In this document: in pieces, positions 1 through 8,886 of the stretch
Layout of the letters: each line of letters starts with the position of its first letter
Numbering within the stretch: the first letter of the stretch is position 1
Source of the DNA: a virus
Taxonomy: Duplodnaviria > Caudoviricetes
DNA length: 64,000 nucleotides
Virus record (IMG/VR): IMGVR_UViG_3300014208_000002
Span: 136,727 to 200,726 of that record
Reading direction: 5' to 3' (one strand)
Notes under the pieces: generated by a model
Database searches by the model: none
Told to the model about the DNA's origin: nothing
What the model saw: only the letters and a program-made list of their open reading frames with translations
Made by a program: the position numbers and the translations under genes

Positions 1-1
1 T

Positions 2-64
2 ATTCTTGATATGGAAATAGAAGATAATCATAATTATTTTGCTAATGGAGTTCTGTCTCATAAT
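2..64 (+). mobile_element. Intein C-terminal splicing block in recA (partial)
   Basis: LDMEIEDNHNYFANGVLSHN followed by Thr matches intein blocks F/G with the terminal His-Asn and a +1 nucleophile. Confidence 0.9.
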
Positions 65-634
65 ACCACTCCAGGTGGAAATGCAGTAAAATTCTTTTCT
101 TCTATTCGTCTTGAGGTTCGCAGAGTAGAAGCAATTACAGCAGAAGGCAATGAAGACGAACAAATTGGCCTAAAGTCCCGAGTAACAGTAAAGAAAAACA
201 AAACCGCTGTTCCTAACCGTAAGGGGGAGATAGAGATTTATTTTTCTCGTGGTATTGATCCTCTTGTTGAATATATAGAATTTGCTATTTTTTATGAAAT
301 TATTAAAAAGACTGGTAATACCTATCACTATAAAGAAGAAAAACTTGGTGTAGGGGTAAAGCAATTAAAGACTCTTTTTCAAAAGAACGAAAAATTTTAT
401 TCCACTATTCGTAGTGAAGTAGATGAATTACTTCTTTTTAAAAATGTAGAAAATGGAATTATTCCTGAAGCTGAAATTGAAAAAGAAGAAGAGGGTATTA
501 CAGAGGACGAACTACAGAAGCTTGCAATAGAAGTCTCTGAAACTTCCGAAGAATCTGATGATAGTGAAGAAAAAGAGGAAGTTGGTACTAATAACTCTTC
601 CCCCAAGAAGCGTGGCCGACCTGCAAAGAAATAA
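2..634 (+). CDS. recA: RecA recombinase, C-terminal part (5'-truncated by the window), preceded in frame by the end of an intein
   Basis: TTPGGNAVKFFSSIRLEVRR and RVTVKKNKTAVP are RecA C-terminal motifs; the frame is open from base 2; long acidic tail. Confidence 0.92.
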   Translation: MLDMEIEDNHNYFANGVLSHNTTPGGNAVKFFSSIRLEVRRVEAITAEGNEDEQIGLKSRVTVKKNKTAVPNRKGEIEIYFSRGIDPLVEYIEFAIFYEIIKKTGNTYHYKEEKLGVGVKQLKTLFQKNEKFYSTIRSEVDELLLFKNVENGIIPEAEIEKEEEGITEDELQKLAIEVSETSEESDDSEEKEEVGTNNSSPKKRGRPAKK

Positions 635-636
635 AA

Positions 637-1392
637 ATGGAAATTAACAAAGTTTATAATGAAAATTGTCTCGATACAATGGCTAGAATGCCAGACAATT
701 TTATTGATCTTACTGTTACTTCTCCCCCCTATGATAATCTAAGAAAGTATAATGGGTATAGTTTCGATTTTGAGTCTATAGCAAAAGAGCTTTATAGAGT
801 AACAAAGCAAGGTGGTGTGGTGGTATGGGTAGTGGGGGATGCTACTATAAAGGGGAGCGAAACTGGGACAAGTTTTCGGCAAGCATTGTTTTTTAAGGAA
901 ATAGGGTTTAATTTACATGATACTATGATATATCAAAAAAAATCATGCTACGCACATGACCCCCGAAATAAAAGATATAAGAGTATGTTTGAATATATGT
1001 TTATATTTAGCAAGGGCACACCTAATAATTACAACGAAATAAAAGATACTCCAAATATCCATGCTGGGAAGATAATCAAAGGCACGAAGGGGAGGGATGC
1101 TCAAGGGAAAAAAAGAAAATTAAAAGAACAAGTAATAGGAGATTTTCAAGCAAGAGCAAATATATGGATGATACCCTCATCAGGTAGAAGCGAACACCCC
1201 GCTATATTCCCCGAAATTTTAGCAAACGATCATATTATTTCATGGAGTAATGAGGGTGATCTAATTTATGACCCATTTATGGGTTCTGGTACTACAGCTA
1301 AAATGGCATTACTAAATAAGAGAAACTGGATTGGTTCAGAAATTAGTGAAGAGTACTGTAAGATAATAAATAAAAGAATAGGGGGTATTTAA
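637..1392 (+). CDS. DNA methyltransferase, N4-C/N6-A beta class
   Basis: DLTVTSPPY catalytic motif precedes HPAIFP and the DPFMGSGTTA SAM-binding motif. Confidence 0.92.
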   Translation: MEINKVYNENCLDTMARMPDNFIDLTVTSPPYDNLRKYNGYSFDFESIAKELYRVTKQGGVVVWVVGDATIKGSETGTSFRQALFFKEIGFNLHDTMIYQKKSCYAHDPRNKRYKSMFEYMFIFSKGTPNNYNEIKDTPNIHAGKIIKGTKGRDAQGKKRKLKEQVIGDFQARANIWMIPSSGRSEHPAIFPEILANDHIISWSNEGDLIYDPFMGSGTTAKMALLNKRNWIGSEISEEYCKIINKRIGGI

Positions 1393-1394
1393 TT

Positions 1395-2132
1395 ATGAAA
1401 GAAATTTTAGATGAAGGTATAAATGACAAGTACCTTTTTAAAAGTGTTTTTATGGCGGGTGGGGGCGGTTCTGGTAAGGGGTGGGTAGTCTCCAATTACT
1501 TTGGAATAGATAAAAAAATTGGAATGTCCCCCCAAGGAATAAAGGTTGTAAACTCAGATAATGCTTTTGAGTATCTGTTAAAGCGTTCAAATCTCCCTTT
1601 GACAATAAACATGGAGGATAAGAATACCTTTGATCAGCAAATGGTTCAGAGGGAATTGGCAAAAGAGATAACAAATAAGCGCCTTTCAAATTTTATTGAC
1701 GGTATGCTCCCTCTTATTATGGACGGCACAGGGAAAGATTTTGACAAGATAAAAAAGCAAAAGTTGGCTCTTGAAGGTTTGGGATATGATACAGCAATGA
1801 TTTTTGTTAATACAACCTTAGATGTTGCTCAAAAAAGAAATATGTCCCGTGAAAGGAAAATAGACCCAAGCATTATTGAAGCTTCTTGGTATGAAGTACA
1901 AAATAATATTGGTAAGTTTCAATCTTTATTTGGTATAGATAATTTTATTATCATTGACAATTCTACTTCTTATACTGATGAACAGTTGAATAAAATAATT
2001 ATTTCAATGTTCAAAGCTGGAGAAAAACTTTTTTCCAAGCCACTAAAGAATAGAAAGGGAAATTATATTATCTCTTATCTAAAAAAGAATGGCGGAAAAA
2101 CTCTTCGTGATATTCCCGATATTGATTTTTAA
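1395..2132 (+). CDS. P-loop kinase, zeta-toxin/AAA_33-like
   Basis: Walker A MAGGGGSGKG, VVNSD, MDGTG, and the FVNTTLDVAQKRN lid motif. Confidence 0.7.
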   Translation: MKEILDEGINDKYLFKSVFMAGGGGSGKGWVVSNYFGIDKKIGMSPQGIKVVNSDNAFEYLLKRSNLPLTINMEDKNTFDQQMVQRELAKEITNKRLSNFIDGMLPLIMDGTGKDFDKIKKQKLALEGLGYDTAMIFVNTTLDVAQKRNMSRERKIDPSIIEASWYEVQNNIGKFQSLFGIDNFIIIDNSTSYTDEQLNKIIISMFKAGEKLFSKPLKNRKGNYIISYLKKNGGKTLRDIPDIDF

Positions 2133-2174
2133 TCTATTATAAAAAATAATTTACACTAAAAAAGAGGAGAAACT

Positions 2175-4907
2175 ATGCGAGAGTTTAAGCTATCTGAATC
2201 ATTTATTGAGGATTATAAGACAAAAACAGTAAATTGGGGGCCATTAGGGGAGTTTACCTATTTGAGGTGCGTAACAGAGGAAACCCCTGTGCTATGTGCA
2301 GATTTTATTTGGCGTGAAGCAGGGAGTCTCAAAGAGGGTGATGAACTTATTGCTTTTGAAGAGGAAAGAACAAAAGGAAAAACCAGAAACTTATGTAAGG
2401 CTATTGTTACCAGTAATAAAATAGAAAAAGCAAAAGTAATGGGAATAGAATTAAAAAATGGAAAAATACTTTATGCTACCCCTGAGCATCGCTGGCTTGT
2501 AAAAAAATCCCCTTCTTCTCATGCTATTGAATGGGTTTATACAAAAGATTTGGTTTCCCCTAATGATAGAACTCCAAAAGTAATGCCGATATGGAGCGAA
2601 ACTTGGAAGGCTGATACCTCTTATGAGGCCGGATATTTAGCCGCCGCTTTTGATGGTGAAGGATGTTTAGATAAAACAACTGGAATTTGCTTTGTTCAAT
2701 CAGAAAATGAAATGTTAATTAAAGTAGAGGAATATCTTAAAAAATTAAACATTGTATACTCAAAAAGTGAAAAGCCCTCTTATGTTTCCAAAACTTCCTT
2801 CAAAACAGGAAAAAAAATGTGGAAGTTATCAATCTATGGTAAAAGAAACTTAATGGAATTTATAGGAAAAATTCGTCCCCAAAGATTTATTAAGCTAATG
2901 CTTGATAATATCTTAAAAGATAAAGTTACTTTATTTCATACAGAATTTTCAGAAATTATAAAAGTATGGGATGCTGGTGAAAAAAATATAGCTGTTTTAA
3001 GCACTTCTTCAAAAACTCATATAACAGATGGTGTCCCAAGTCACAATACATATTCGAGGCGCATAGAAGAAGAAAATAGAAATGAAGCATGGTGGGAAAC
3101 AGTAAAGAGAGTTGTAGAAGGAACTTTTAGTATTCAGAAAAGACATTGTGATAGCTTGAAGCTTTTTTGGAATAACTCAAAAGCACAAAAATCCGCACAA
3201 ACTATGTATGACAAGATTTTTAATTTTAAATTCCTTCCTCCTGGTCGTGGGCTGTGGATGATGGGTACAAAATTCGTAGAAGAGAAGGGAAGCGCCGCCT
3301 TAAATAATTGTGGATTTGTGTCTACAGAGGATATTGAAACTCGTGGCTCTTTTGCTTTTCAATGGACAATGGATGCTTTAATGCTAGGGGTGGGTATCGG
3401 TTTCGACACAAAGGGCGCTGGAAAGCTAACAATTAAGCAACCTAAAGAAGATGGAGTTTTTATTATTCCTGATTCCCGAGAAGGATGGGTAGAGTCTTTA
3501 TCATTGGTTTTAGATGGATTTTTTCATGGAAAACCTTTGCCTACTTTTGATTATTCACAAATTCGTAAGTATGGTGAACCAATAAAAGGTTTTGGTGGAG
3601 TAGCTTCTGGTCCAGGTCCATTACAAGATTTACACAATAGTTTGATTAAACTTCTTTCTTCTCGTATTGGAGAAAAATTAAAGTCTACAGATATTGTAGA
3701 TATTATGGACATGATTGGGGTCTGTGTAGTGTCGGGCAATGTAAGGCGTTCGGCTTGTCTTGCTCTTGGAGACTATGATGATACAGACTATGTTACAATG
3801 AAAGATTATAATCTTCATCCAGAGGAATTAAAAAGTCATCGTTGGGCATCCAACAATTCTGTTTTTGCTGAAGTTGGAAAAACAGACTATAAGAAATTTG
3901 TTAATTCTATTGCTTTGAATGGAGAACCGGGAATTGTTTGGTTAGAAAATATTCGCAAGTTTTCACGAACGATTGATTCTATTGATAATAAAGATTATCT
4001 CTCTGTTGGTGTAAATCCCTGCGCTGAACAATCACTTCATAATGCGGAGCTTTGCTGTTTGGTAGAAACTTTCCCCTCTCTTCATGACTCGTTTGAAGAG
4101 TATAAGGAAACAATTAAATATGCCTATCTTTATGCAAAGACAGTTACCCTTATTCCTACGCATTGGCCGGAGACAAATGCGGTATTATTAAAAAATAGGC
4201 GAATTGGGCTATCTCAAACTGGAATTATTGAGGCGTTTGTAAAGCATGGAAGAAGAGATATGCTTGATTGGTGTAATAAATTATATGACTATGTTCAGTC
4301 TCTTGATAAAACTTATTCTGATTGGTTCTGTATTCCCCGTTCAATTAAAACTACAACGGTTAAACCCTCGGGCACAACTGCTTTACTTCCTGGCGTAACA
4401 CCGGGGATTCATTATCCGCACTCAGAGTTCTATATCCGAAGAGTAAGAGTAAATGCAAATAATCCTCTTGTAGATATTATGATAAATGCAGGATATGAAG
4501 TAGAAGATGATGTTTACGGAAAAGTAGAACGAACGAAAGTAGTTAGCTTTCCTGTTAATGAGAAGTTTTTTGATAAGTCAAAAAAAGATGCAAGTATTTG
4601 GGAGCAAGTAAAAAATGTTGTAGATTATCAAAGATTCTGGAGTGATAACTCTGTATCTGTTACCATTACTTTTAAGCAGGAAGAAGTAAGAGATATCGCA
4701 AAAGTTTTGGAAGCATATGAAGATTCTTTAAAAACAATTTCTTTTTTACCATTAAATGATTCTGGTTATGCACAAATGCCTTATGAAGAAATCACAAAGG
4801 AGAAGTACGAGGAAATGGTAAGTAAAATTACAAAGCCCGACTTTTCTTCTTTTACTCAAGCTCCTATAGGCTCAAAGTTTTGTGATAGCTCTTCTTGCGA
4901 AATATAA
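2175..4907 (+). CDS. nrdJ: Class II (adenosylcobalamin-dependent) ribonucleotide reductase with intein
   Basis: Exteins join as YLR/TYSR; FLPPGRGLW, LNNC, GNVRRSA, VNPCAEQ, TTVKPSGT and C-terminal CDSSSC. Confidence 0.93.
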   Translation: MREFKLSESFIEDYKTKTVNWGPLGEFTYLRCVTEETPVLCADFIWREAGSLKEGDELIAFEEERTKGKTRNLCKAIVTSNKIEKAKVMGIELKNGKILYATPEHRWLVKKSPSSHAIEWVYTKDLVSPNDRTPKVMPIWSETWKADTSYEAGYLAAAFDGEGCLDKTTGICFVQSENEMLIKVEEYLKKLNIVYSKSEKPSYVSKTSFKTGKKMWKLSIYGKRNLMEFIGKIRPQRFIKLMLDNILKDKVTLFHTEFSEIIKVWDAGEKNIAVLSTSSKTHITDGVPSHNTYSRRIEEENRNEAWWETVKRVVEGTFSIQKRHCDSLKLFWNNSKAQKSAQTMYDKIFNFKFLPPGRGLWMMGTKFVEEKGSAALNNCGFVSTEDIETRGSFAFQWTMDALMLGVGIGFDTKGAGKLTIKQPKEDGVFIIPDSREGWVESLSLVLDGFFHGKPLPTFDYSQIRKYGEPIKGFGGVASGPGPLQDLHNSLIKLLSSRIGEKLKSTDIVDIMDMIGVCVVSGNVRRSACLALGDYDDTDYVTMKDYNLHPEELKSHRWASNNSVFAEVGKTDYKKFVNSIALNGEPGIVWLENIRKFSRTIDSIDNKDYLSVGVNPCAEQSLHNAELCCLVETFPSLHDSFEEYKETIKYAYLYAKTVTLIPTHWPETNAVLLKNRRIGLSQTGIIEAFVKHGRRDMLDWCNKLYDYVQSLDKTYSDWFCIPRSIKTTTVKPSGTTALLPGVTPGIHYPHSEFYIRRVRVNANNPLVDIMINAGYEVEDDVYGKVERTKVVSFPVNEKFFDKSKKDASIWEQVKNVVDYQRFWSDNSVSVTITFKQEEVRDIAKVLEAYEDSLKTISFLPLNDSGYAQMPYEEITKEKYEEMVSKITKPDFSSFTQAPIGSKFCDSSSCEI
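2268..3047 (+). mobile_element. Intein (260 aa) with LAGLIDADG endonuclease motif in nrdJ
   Basis: Starts CVTEETPVL, contains YLAAAFDGEGCL, ends THITDGVPSHN before Thr. Confidence 0.9.
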
Positions 4908-4921
4908 CCAATAAGGTATAA

Positions 4922-4960
4922 ATAAAAAAATACCCGACAAGATTATCTCTTATCGGGTAT
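4922..4960 (-). terminator. Rho-independent terminator of the minus-strand gene (possibly bidirectional)
   Basis: ATACCCGA...TCGGGTAT stem preceded by an A-run, which is a U-tract on the minus strand. Confidence 0.7.
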
Positions 4961-4983
4961 ACTGCTTTGAAGAAGAGAAATTT

Positions 4984-5268
4984 CTAATCCTTCTCCTTCT
5001 TGGCCTTTGGGGGGACTTCCTTCACTGGGGCATCCAGAAAAGTTCCATCGACTTCATTCTTGAAGGCGGCGAACTTTTCCTTCATGATCTGGTGGGCGTA
5101 GACGATGACTTCTTTCTTGCTGTCACCATTGGCGATCCTTCGCCTCTCTCCTGTGGTTCCATCCGTGTGAACGACCTCCAGAGAAAGGATGTACTTCCCG
5201 AGCTTCCGCCCCCGCTTCACCACCTCGAAATCCGGGTTTTCTTCCATGTAGATCGTCTTCTGCACCAT
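4984..5268 (-). CDS. Hypothetical protein; the only convincing minus-strand gene in the window
   Basis: AAGGAGG Shine-Dalgarno, own sigma70-like promoter, downstream terminator, GC-richer codons. Confidence 0.8.
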   Translation of the reverse strand: MVQKTIYMEENPDFEVVKRGRKLGKYILSLEVVHTDGTTGERRRIANGDSKKEVIVYAHQIMKEKFAAFKNEVDGTFLDAPVKEVPPKAKKEKD

Positions 5269-5315
5269 ATTATCCTCCTTGGATGTTTGGTAGCTCTTGA
5301 TTCGTTCTAAACAAA

Positions 5316-5344
5316 AATATATACTAAAAACCTAAAATAGTCAA
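5316..5344 (-). promoter_or_regulatory. Sigma70-like promoter
   Basis: TTGACT-17 bp-TATATT on the minus strand. Confidence 0.5.
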
Positions 5345-5450
5345 TAGTTTTTATAAACTTTTTGCCCAAGCTATCTTCTTTTATGATATATAAATACTAA
5401 CTCTATATAGTATAAAGACTTATTTACTACAATAATTTATCTAAATTATC

Positions 5451-5479
5451 TTGACAAAATGTTTTCTTTCCATTAGTAT
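5451..5479 (+). promoter_or_regulatory. Sigma70-like early promoter
   Basis: TTGACA-17 bp-TAGTAT, followed by GAGGAG and ATG at 5502. Confidence 0.6.
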
Positions 5480-5501
5480 AGAAAGTGAGAGGAGAAAAGA
5501 C

Positions 5502-5852
5502 ATGAAATGTAAACCGAGTGAGGAAATCACCCTTTACTTTGATGGTGAGACAGAGGATGAGGGGATAGAGCGCACCTATACCGTAGAATATGATTACACA
5601 TCTGAAACTCCCGATGTACCTTATCTCCGTAATGGTGATCCTGGGTATCCTGGTGATCCCGCCGAAGTAGAAATAGAAGAAGTATATCTTGGTGGAGTAA
5701 AATTGACTCCTGAGCAATTAAAAGAGGAGTTTTGCTACGATGGAGTAAAAATGACACTTATTGATTGGCTTTATGACTATGTTGAAAATAATTTTGAAGA
5801 CTTCATTCCAGAAGATGATTGTGATGAGGATTACGATAGGGAGGAGTACTGA
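5502..5852 (+). CDS. Acidic hypothetical early protein
   Basis: RBS GAGGAG at 5489-5494; start revised from the track's 5451. Confidence 0.7.
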   Translation: MKCKPSEEITLYFDGETEDEGIERTYTVEYDYTSETPDVPYLRNGDPGYPGDPAEVEIEEVYLGGVKLTPEQLKEEFCYDGVKMTLIDWLYDYVENNFEDFIPEDDCDEDYDREEY

Positions 5853-5853
5853 A

Positions 5854-6123
5854 ATGAAAATGGAACAGAAATATATTGCAGTTGATTTTCATCCAAAAGA
5901 AGTAGAAGCTATTATTGTTGAACATTGGGGAAGAAATCCTCAATTTTCTGACCCTGACAAACTTCGCACTTTGACAAGGGTAGTTAATATTCTTCAAAAG
6001 TTATATTTTATGGAGGAAATTGATAAAGACAATTTCACCCTTGTGAGAGAGGCAATGTGTTTTTTTCATCATCATGATGCAGTTGCGAATCTAAATCGTC
6101 TTCTTTTTGGGGGAGATAAATAA
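5854..6123 (+). CDS. Hypothetical protein
   Basis: GGAGGAG RBS, coupled to the upstream stop codon. Confidence 0.65.
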   Translation: MKMEQKYIAVDFHPKEVEAIIVEHWGRNPQFSDPDKLRTLTRVVNILQKLYFMEEIDKDNFTLVREAMCFFHHHDAVANLNRLLFGGDK

Positions 6124-6124
6124 T

Positions 6125-6514
6125 ATGATCGTAAGCAATTATGAACATGGATATCATGACGAATTCGGAAGGACTCATGTTCAAGTAAAAACTGATAGGG
6201 GTTATATGACCTTCAGCTATGATACTCTCATTCAGTATTATAAAGTAATGAAAAATAAATCGGAGTCTGTTGAACATCCAGAACATCCTTATGTAGGATT
6301 ATCCTATATAGGGACTAATGATAAAAAAATGACTGTTGAAAAAGTAATTCAGCATTTTGGTTTTGGGGACTATTGGGTAGTACTCGCCCATGATGAAAAT
6401 AGAAGTAGTATTTGTTGGGTTCTTACAGAGTATGGAAATTCTTTTTATGAAAAAAGATTTCCTTTAGCTTCTGCGGCAGATTGGGAAAAGCAGTTGAAGG
6501 AGCAAGTGAAATGA
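6125..6514 (+). CDS. Hypothetical protein
   Basis: GGGAG RBS, tight gene packing. Confidence 0.65.
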   Translation: MIVSNYEHGYHDEFGRTHVQVKTDRGYMTFSYDTLIQYYKVMKNKSESVEHPEHPYVGLSYIGTNDKKMTVEKVIQHFGFGDYWVVLAHDENRSSICWVLTEYGNSFYEKRFPLASAADWEKQLKEQVK

Positions 6515-6939
6515 GTGATTTTATTTATGCCTATGTTCATACCGCTGAATCAATAGCTGAAAGTGCCGTTCAAGGAATTATTCGTTATAAAGAAGCTACC
6601 CTTGAATTTGAATTTCGTCTTGACCATACTTGCTATAATAAAGAAGGTGAAGATATTGGAAGAACTATTTATTGGAAAGTAAAATATATTTGTCGAGAAG
6701 GCGGGAGTTATGTTAAAGTTCTCTGGACCCCTTTCTCGTATAAAGACTATACTGAAGACTGGCAAGAAATAGCTGACCATGATTCTTGTTGGCGAGGATG
6801 TTGGAATGATATTTTGACCTATGCAAGGGAAGAGCTTATTGAAAAATATAATGCTATTGGAAATGAATCATGGTTTTTCAACTGTGAATATGTTAAAATG
6901 ATAAAGGAAGAGGAACAAATAATGGAGGAAAAGATATGA
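6511..6939 (+). CDS. Hypothetical protein
   Basis: AAGGAG RBS, ATGA overlap with the upstream stop. Confidence 0.65.
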   Translation: MSDFIYAYVHTAESIAESAVQGIIRYKEATLEFEFRLDHTCYNKEGEDIGRTIYWKVKYICREGGSYVKVLWTPFSYKDYTEDWQEIADHDSCWRGCWNDILTYAREELIEKYNAIGNESWFFNCEYVKMIKEEEQIMEEKI

Positions 6940-7169
6940 AGGCTTTTTTAAGGAAGTACTCTAGGGGTATTAGTGTCTATTCTGCTCTTTTTATATCTAT
7001 ACTTTTAGGGTGGCCTCTGCTTGGGACTGAAATTTTCTTTAAGGTCGTGCCTACTATTGTAGGACCATTGCCAGTATGCGTAGGTTTACTCATTGGTTTC
7101 CTACCTTTAATGATGCTTCTTCATCTCCTCATGTGGTGGGGAAGTAAAATAATGGATAGGAGTAATTGA
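6936..7169 (+). CDS. Small two-TM membrane protein
   Basis: Two hydrophobic segments; GGAGG RBS. Confidence 0.6.
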   Translation: MKAFLRKYSRGISVYSALFISILLGWPLLGTEIFFKVVPTIVGPLPVCVGLLIGFLPLMMLLHLLMWWGSKIMDRSN

Positions 7170-7288
7170 AATGACTTCATATGAAAAAGCCATTGAACAC
7201 AATAATCATATAATAAAAAAGATTAAATCATTAAAGAGAGTCATTTAGCTTGGATTGAGGAATATAATGGATTGATAGGAGAATCAAA

Positions 7289-7525
7289 ATGATAAGAGTA
7301 ATAGTAGAAATAAATAAATGTAGTGACTGCCGCCACCAAGATAGCTCCGGGGGATTTACTCCTGGTGGTGCAAAACCTGTATGTGATAATCCTCATACTA
7401 TAGAGTTTTTTGTAAAAAAATATGGTGATAAGGACGGATTTGATTGGAAGTATAGAGTACTTCACGGTTGGAATTGCGAACCACCTGAATGGTGTCCTTT
7501 GCGAATAGCTGGAGCAAAATATTAA
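7289..7525 (+). CDS. Small Cys-containing hypothetical protein
   Basis: CSDC...C...WCPL pattern; AGGAG RBS. Confidence 0.6.
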   Translation: MIRVIVEINKCSDCRHQDSSGGFTPGGAKPVCDNPHTIEFFVKKYGDKDGFDWKYRVLHGWNCEPPEWCPLRIAGAKY

Positions 7526-7531
7526 GGAAGG

Positions 7532-7945
7532 ATGAATATGACTAAACTTGAAAATGAATCCAGGCTGGCGATTATAGTTTCATTAGAAATAATGAAGAGC
7601 TATGAAGGTACACTTGATGCTGTTTCCTCCCTTACCCCTATGATAGAGATAAGGAATAATCTTTATCGTACAATGAACTTACTGGAACGAACCCTCCAAA
7701 AGCTTGATGAAGAAAAAAGAAAGTATGACATGGAATTGGCAGAAGCCAAAGAAAAAGAAGAAAAACTTAAAGCTATGAAAGAAAAGATTGATTTTATCAA
7801 TTCCGACCCCGATGCTATAAAGTTTTATAATCAGGGAATTCCCCCTACTTATTCAACAGGTATAAATGACTGTCTTACCTGTGGATATGGAAAACTGGAT
7901 GAATGGGGTTTTTGGGAGTTTCCTTTAATTCTTATCAAGGAATAA
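7532..7945 (+). CDS. Hypothetical coiled-coil protein
   Basis: Open frame with RBS and heptad-rich middle. Confidence 0.6.
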   Translation: MNMTKLENESRLAIIVSLEIMKSYEGTLDAVSSLTPMIEIRNNLYRTMNLLERTLQKLDEEKRKYDMELAEAKEKEEKLKAMKEKIDFINSDPDAIKFYNQGIPPTYSTGINDCLTCGYGKLDEWGFWEFPLILIKE

Positions 7946-7951
7946 ATTATT

Positions 7952-7959
7952 TACTAATA
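7952..7959 (+). promoter_or_regulatory. Phage late promoter motif TACTAATA (first of at least 15 gene-proximal copies)
   Basis: Also at 8673, 18839, 21618, 23640, 28407, 30126, 30802, 32748, 42587, 54491, 56170, 57806, 58445 and 61164, each just upstream of a structural, homing-endonuclease or tagged gene. Confidence 0.75.
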
Positions 7960-7963
7960 TAAA

Positions 7964-8656
7964 ATGGAAGTATATGGTGTTATTTATAAAACCACAAACA
8001 TAATAAATGATAAAACTTATGTTGGTCAGACTACTAAAAAAGGAATTAAACTTGAAAGATATCTAGGAAGCGGAACTTATTTAAATTATGCTATAGAAAA
8101 ATATGGAAAAGAAAATTTTGAGAAAGAGATTCTTTGTGAATGTTTTTCAAGAGAACAGCTTAATAGAATAGAGCGACTTTTTATAAAATTATTACTCCCT
8201 GATTATAATATAGCTGATGGGGGGTATGGAGGGAATCTTGGAGAGGAAATAAATAAAAAAATAAGTGTTGCATTAAAAGGAAGACATATACCTGATATGA
8301 CAAAAAGAAAAATGAGTGAATCCCAGAAAGGGAGAAAACAGACTAACGAAACTAGATATAAAATTGGTGAAGCAAGTAAAAGAAGACAAAATACTGATGA
8401 AGCCAAACAAAAAATGAGTAAAAGATTAAAGGGAAATAAATATAATTTAGGACATAATCACACTGATGAAGCAAAGAAAAAAATGAGTGAAGCGAAAAAA
8501 GTAAAGGTTATTTGTGTTGAAACTCAAGAAAGATTTGATTCTATAAAAGAAGCTTCTGAAAAATATAATATAAATAGATCCCATATAGGATCTTGCTGTA
8601 AAGGAAAAAGAAAATCTGCTGGAAAGCTACATTGGCAATACAGAAAAAGGAAGTAA
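7964..8656 (+). mobile_element. Free-standing GIY-YIG homing endonuclease with NUMOD3 repeats and NUMOD1/HTH tail
   Basis: GVIYKTTNIINDKTYVGQT...YLGSG...E; KRKMSESQKG repeats; KVICVETQERF...CCKG. Confidence 0.88.
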
Positions 8657-8684
8657 TATAGAATAATTTCTCTACTAATATAAC

Positions 8685-8885
8685 ATGTATATTTTAAAAG
8701 AAGATTCAAACGGTATAGAAACCGTCAAAATTGGTGATGCAATTCTCGCAGGAAAATTTAAAAATAAAAGGTGTGTTGTTTCTGGTTTTGAATACGACGA
8801 TAAGGGACAACCTCGTGTAATAACTGATAAGGGAAAGTTTAACCTTTACTCATTCCGATTAGAGAGGTTAATGCCGGAAAAATAA
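8685..8885 (+). CDS. Small beta-rich (SH3/KOW-like) hypothetical late protein
   Basis: VKIGDAILAGKFKNKRCVV pattern; own late motif; MYILKE N-terminus. Confidence 0.6.
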   Translation: MYILKEDSNGIETVKIGDAILAGKFKNKRCVVSGFEYDDKGQPRVITDKGKFNLYSFRLERLMPEK

Positions 8886-8886
8886 A

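Noticed and set aside
7171-7292. Tiny ORF (25 aa) followed by a second short frame, possibly a frameshifted gene
   Set aside because: Too short to tell apart from chance or a sequencing error
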